Assembly: GCA_963677485.1 (NCBI GenBank)
Contig: OY781964.1
Coordinates: 224,001 to 288,000 of the forward strand
Length of the DNA: 64,000 bases
Reading direction: 5' to 3'
DNA from: Armatimonadota bacterium
Lineage (GTDB): Bacteria; Armatimonadota; HRBIN16
The position numbers were made by a program, and so were the translations under genes. A model generated the notes under the pieces. It was not told where the DNA came from and made no database searches. It worked only from the letters and a program-made list of their open reading frames with translations. Shown here piece after piece: positions 60,109 through 64,000 of the stretch (position 1 is the stretch's first letter; the number at the start of each line of letters is the position of its first letter).

Positions 60109-62592
60109 ATGTCAAAGTTGCGTGCATTGCTGGCCGTCTGCCTGGTGCTGATAGTCTCCGCACTCCCAGGTTATGCCGCCCGCGATACCATCAAACTGGC
60201 CACTATCAGTTCAAACTACCGGGCAGCCCTCATGGAGATCGCAAAACGCTACGAGAAAACCCATCCCGATGTGTCCGTTGAAGTCACCATCGTACCGCAG
60301 AACTTCGAAACATGGATTCGCACCCGCTTCGCTGCCGGCGGCGACCAGCTCCCAGACATCTATAATGCCAACTACACCGTGGGCTATGAGCGCATGGGCA
60401 AGCTGGTCAACCTCTGGCCATTCCTTCAGAAAACCAACCCCTACACCGGCAAGCGTTGGTATGACATGTTCTATACCGAGCAGTTGGAGCGGTTCAAACT
60501 CGGCGGAGAGCTATACTGGGTGCCAATCGACACCATCGAAATCGCGATGTTCTACAACCGCGACATCTTCGACAAGCTCCACCTGCAGGAACCCAAAACC
60601 TGGAATGAGCTGTTGGACACCTGCAAGCTGATCAAAAAGGCGGGCCTGGCACCTGTCGCCATCGGAGGGAACGCCTCATCGTTCTGGGTCGGTGATATGG
60701 GCTGGCTGATCCGCATGTTCAGCGATGTCTACATGCGCAAGTTCGTGCCGTCGATTATCGCCCAGCCCGGTGACTGGGATTATGACGCTACCCGTAACAA
60801 GAGTTTCAAATATAACGGCCAAGACCCGATGAAGGATCTGATGGTCGTGATGGATAACGAGCGGCTGCAAAACCGCATCCTGGATGGCTCGATCAACCTG
60901 GCCGGTCCTGAAATGCGGCAGATGTATGTCAAGCTTAAGCAGTTCTCACAGTATTTCCAGCCAGGTTATCTTGGCACTGACCCAGCCTCCGCCAACCGGT
61001 TGTGGTATCGGCAGAAGGCGGCGATGATACTGCTGACCAGCTCCTCCGTGACCGGCATCGTGCGTGACTTCAAGCGGATGCCGAAAGAGGACCGCTTCCG
61101 GTTTGGCAACTTCTGGTTCCCGAAAATCACGGACGACCCGATGGCCTGCGGCCCCTTCCGCGGAGTCGGCGGCCCCGGGATGCCGTTGTGCGTCACCAAC
61201 AAGAAGAACCCCGAGCACCACGCTCGAGTGGTCGACTTCTTGATGTTCATGACCGCACCTCAGAACGTCCGCCTGTTCATCGAGATGACCCTGGCCGACG
61301 ACCAGCCTCTGACAGGCCCGCTCACCGTGCGCGATGTGCCTCTCCCCCCTGCCATCGCCGATCAGATGAGTGTATTCACCGGCCATGGCTACGAGAAACT
61401 GACCTTCCGCGGTCTGGAAGACGAGCAGGAGAGCACCTTTGAATGGAGTGTCCTGGCCCAGGAATACATGGCCGGGCGTCTGGAGCTGAGCAGCTTCCTG
61501 ACACAGTACAAAGACTCGATGATCAAGGCAGTGCCCCGGATGCGGGCGAAGAACGGCGTGGATGGCAATCCCAAAACGCACGATATTCCACCCGATATCG
61601 CCGTAGTCCGCTCACGATGGAACCCGTTTGAGAACGGCTCCTTCATGCTGGGCATCATCATCGTGCTGTTCGGCGGCTTTGGTATATGGCATGTCAGCCG
61701 CTCCAGAGGCGCAGCCCGCAGGCAAACAATCACCGCTTACGTGCTGCTTCTCCCCACGTTTATATTGCTGGGTGCGTTTAACTACTTCCCCGCTCTGTCG
61801 GGACTGTATCACGCCTTCACCCGTTGGGAAGAAGGCCGCGGGGCGGTCTTTAACGGTATGGACAACTTCAAGGTCATGGCACAGGACATGGTTTTGTGGC
61901 GAGGCATCGGAAATATGATCACCCTGCTGGTAGCCGGGTTGTTCAAATCGATCGTGGTACCGTTCATTGCGGCTGAGCTGATACTGGCACTCATTAGTGA
62001 TCGTGTACGGTATCTGTTCCGCACGCTATTCTTGATCCCCATGGTGGTGCCAGGTATGGTAAGCATCCTCATTTGGGGATTTATCTACGACCCCAACATG
62101 GGCATGTTGAACCAGGCACTGCAAGCAGTTGGCCTCGATAACCTGCAGCAAAACTGGCTGGGTGAGCCCTCGCTGGCCCTGCCAAGCATCATCTTCATGG
62201 GCTTCCCCTGGGTGGGAGCCTTCGGGCTGTTGATCTTCATGGCAGGCTTGATGGACATCCCTGACAGCGTGTATGAAGCCTACCGGATGGAGTCCAGCAA
62301 TCTGTTGAAGCGCATCTGCGCCATTGACGTCCCGCTGGTGAAGAGCCAGGTGCGGATGCTCATCATCCTATGCTTCATCGGCAGCCTGCAGGACTTCCAG
62401 ACGATCCTGCTGCTGACCGACGGCGGGCCTGGGCTCTCGACCACGGTGCCTGCGCTGCGGATGTACCATGAGGCGTTCCGGTTTACGCATTATGGCTATG
62501 GATCGGCCATCGGGCTGCTGCTGTTCATCATCGTGATGATGCTGACGGTTCTCAACATGAAGGTTCTCAAGCGATCGGAGTTGGAAGCATGA
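60109..62592 (+). CDS. Carbohydrate ABC transporter substrate-binding protein fused to a permease
   Basis: Signal peptide and SBP (LPDIY, MFYNRDIF, PKTWNEL), then TM helices with NWLG and DIPDSVYEA (EAA-like); GGAGG RBS. Confidence 0.88.
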   Translation: MSKLRALLAVCLVLIVSALPGYAARDTIKLATISSNYRAALMEIAKRYEKTHPDVSVEVTIVPQNFETWIRTRFAAGGDQLPDIYNANYTVGYERMGKLVNLWPFLQKTNPYTGKRWYDMFYTEQLERFKLGGELYWVPIDTIEIAMFYNRDIFDKLHLQEPKTWNELLDTCKLIKKAGLAPVAIGGNASSFWVGDMGWLIRMFSDVYMRKFVPSIIAQPGDWDYDATRNKSFKYNGQDPMKDLMVVMDNERLQNRILDGSINLAGPEMRQMYVKLKQFSQYFQPGYLGTDPASANRLWYRQKAAMILLTSSSVTGIVRDFKRMPKEDRFRFGNFWFPKITDDPMACGPFRGVGGPGMPLCVTNKKNPEHHARVVDFLMFMTAPQNVRLFIEMTLADDQPLTGPLTVRDVPLPPAIADQMSVFTGHGYEKLTFRGLEDEQESTFEWSVLAQEYMAGRLELSSFLTQYKDSMIKAVPRMRAKNGVDGNPKTHDIPPDIAVVRSRWNPFENGSFMLGIIIVLFGGFGIWHVSRSRGAARRQTITAYVLLLPTFILLGAFNYFPALSGLYHAFTRWEEGRGAVFNGMDNFKVMAQDMVLWRGIGNMITLLVAGLFKSIVVPFIAAELILALISDRVRYLFRTLFLIPMVVPGMVSILIWGFIYDPNMGMLNQALQAVGLDNLQQNWLGEPSLALPSIIFMGFPWVGAFGLLIFMAGLMDIPDSVYEAYRMESSNLLKRICAIDVPLVKSQVRMLIILCFIGSLQDFQTILLLTDGGPGLSTTVPALRMYHEAFRFTHYGYGSAIGLLLFIIVMMLTVLNMKVLKRSELEA

Positions 62593-63458
62593 GAGGTTAC
62601 AAATTCACATTCGGCCAGTTGATGGTCATAATAACGCTGGTGATACTGGCGGTACTGACCCTTCTACCGTTTTACATGACACTGATGATCTCGCAGAAGA
62701 CCAATGGTGAGATACTGAACCACTTCTGGGCCTGGCCACGCGAGTACCACCCGGAGTATTTCACGAAGGCGTTTCTGTTCATCAAACACTACATGCTGAA
62801 CTCCGTCACCACCGGTGCCATCTCCATTATCGGTTCGGTGTTCCTTTCGTCGCTGGCTGGATATGTATTTGCCCGGCTGGAGTTCGGCGGTAAGAACGTG
62901 CTCTACATGCTGATACTGGCGCTGATGATGATCCCTGGGCTGCTGACTTTAGTGCCGGCCTTCCTGTGGTACAAGGAGTTCCCGCTGGTGGGCGGTAACA
63001 ACTGGCTGGGCATTGGCGGCTCCGGGTTCCTCGATACCCGCTGGGCGGTAATCATCGCCGCAATATCGGGAGGGCAGGTTTTTGGCACCTTCCTCTGCCG
63101 CACCTTCTTTGAGTCGATCCCCTCCTCGCTGTTTGAATCGGCGCGTATGGACGGTGCCAGCGAGTTCCAGTGCTACTACAAGCTGGCGCTGCCTCTCTCG
63201 CTGCCGATCCTGGCCACACTGGCCATCATGGGTTTCGTTGGGGTGTATAACGACTATATCTGGCCGCTCATCACCATCGGCAATGACAAGATACAGCTCT
63301 TCTCGGTGGGCGTCACCAAGTTCGGTGCTGAGGGCAACCTGGACCAAGGGCCGATGATGGCAGGCTACCTGATCGGTGCGCTGCCGTTGATTTTGCTGTT
63401 TGCGGTGGGCATGAAGTTCTATGTCGAGGGCTTGACCCGCGGTGCCGTGAAGTCGTAG
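62589..63458 (+). CDS. Carbohydrate ABC transporter permease (MalG-like)
   Basis: AGYVFARLEF, ESARMDGAS, NDYIWPL. Confidence 0.92.
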   Translation: MRGYKFTFGQLMVIITLVILAVLTLLPFYMTLMISQKTNGEILNHFWAWPREYHPEYFTKAFLFIKHYMLNSVTTGAISIIGSVFLSSLAGYVFARLEFGGKNVLYMLILALMMIPGLLTLVPAFLWYKEFPLVGGNNWLGIGGSGFLDTRWAVIIAAISGGQVFGTFLCRTFFESIPSSLFESARMDGASEFQCYYKLALPLSLPILATLAIMGFVGVYNDYIWPLITIGNDKIQLFSVGVTKFGAEGNLDQGPMMAGYLIGALPLILLFAVGMKFYVEGLTRGAVKS

Positions 63459-63538
63459 GCCGGAAATTGCCACATGTGGCTGCCGGTGCTTACACGGTAG
63501 CCCATGCTGTAACTGATATGGGCTCTAGAATCGGCTAA

Positions 63539-63689
63539 GTCCGGGGCGGTCTGTGCGTTGGCTAGCGGTTGCAGAAGGCTCGAGACCGCGCCGGTCTGGC
63601 GGTTAGCCCCCGGGTTAGGTTTCGGGAACAAGACCGGCGCGGTCTATTGTCAGCGGTCATCGCAAGCGTACTGACAGACCGCCCCGGAC
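63539..63689. repeat. Nested inverted-repeat element (MITE-like or structured RNA)
   Basis: 16-bp outer IR 63539-63554 / 63674-63689; 15-bp inner IR 63583-63597 / 63631-63645. Confidence 0.7.
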
Positions 63690-63722
63690 ATAGGCAGCCA
63701 TTAACATTCGGGGCATCAAAGC

Positions 63723-64000
63723 TCACCCCAACCGACGCCCCGCCACAAACAGCCGCATGATGCTTTCGCTCACGCCCTCAATAAGGCATCCGGCATTCTC
63801 CATGGCATACTCCAGCGACACCGGCCCTGATGTGATACCAAAAGCAGCGGTTAAGCCTATGTCATGCAGACGGCTGATGTCACCACAAACCGATCCAGCG
63901 ATCGCCACCACAGGCACGTTCGCGATACTCGCCCGCTTGAGGATGCCCGCGATGGTCTTGCCGTTGGCGGTTTGGTCGTCAATACGGCCTTCACCGGTGA
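63723..64000 (-). CDS. Glycerate kinase, C-terminal part (starts beyond the window)
   Basis: TGEGRIDDQTANGKT..PVVAIAGSV. Confidence 0.85.
   Translation of the reverse strand, partial: TGEGRIDDQTANGKTIAGILKRASIANVPVVAIAGSVCGDISRLHDIGLTAAFGITSGPVSLEYAMENAGCLIEGVSESIMRLFVAGRRLG

Overview
Bacterial chromosomal window, most likely Armatimonadota (inferred from the [31 protein letters not shown] / H-X9-DG prepilin and a dockerin-like GDADGDG..NLFDF C-terminal module). From left to right: a three-gene DUF11 surface-protein operon whose middle gene is frameshifted; a cyclic beta-1,2-glucan synthase gene between two identical tRNA-Met(CAT) genes, split by a 1,656-bp IS-like element with no terminal inverted repeats and a non-DDE, Rep-like protein; two PocR/AraC-controlled sugar loci (kinase-isomerase-aldolase; prepilin plus a Tat-signal glycyl radical enzyme plus a large glycosidase); murA-mreB; an MmeI-like R-M gene embedded in mosaic REP and short tandem-repeat clusters; sulfatase, GT2, argF, gatC, an OMP and an ECF sigma/anti-sigma/RseB-like trio; ADH plus a second glycyl radical enzyme and glycosidase-like genes; an IPT/RCC1 surface protein; a SIR2-family gene followed by the same repeat module; a fused SBP-permease ABC system; and a partial glycerate kinase. 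The best leads are the IS-like element with reconstructable empty site, the co-oriented triple-repeat/REP modules next to two defence genes, and the Tat-exported glycyl radical enzyme. All family assignments come from motif recognition by eye; no database searches were run.
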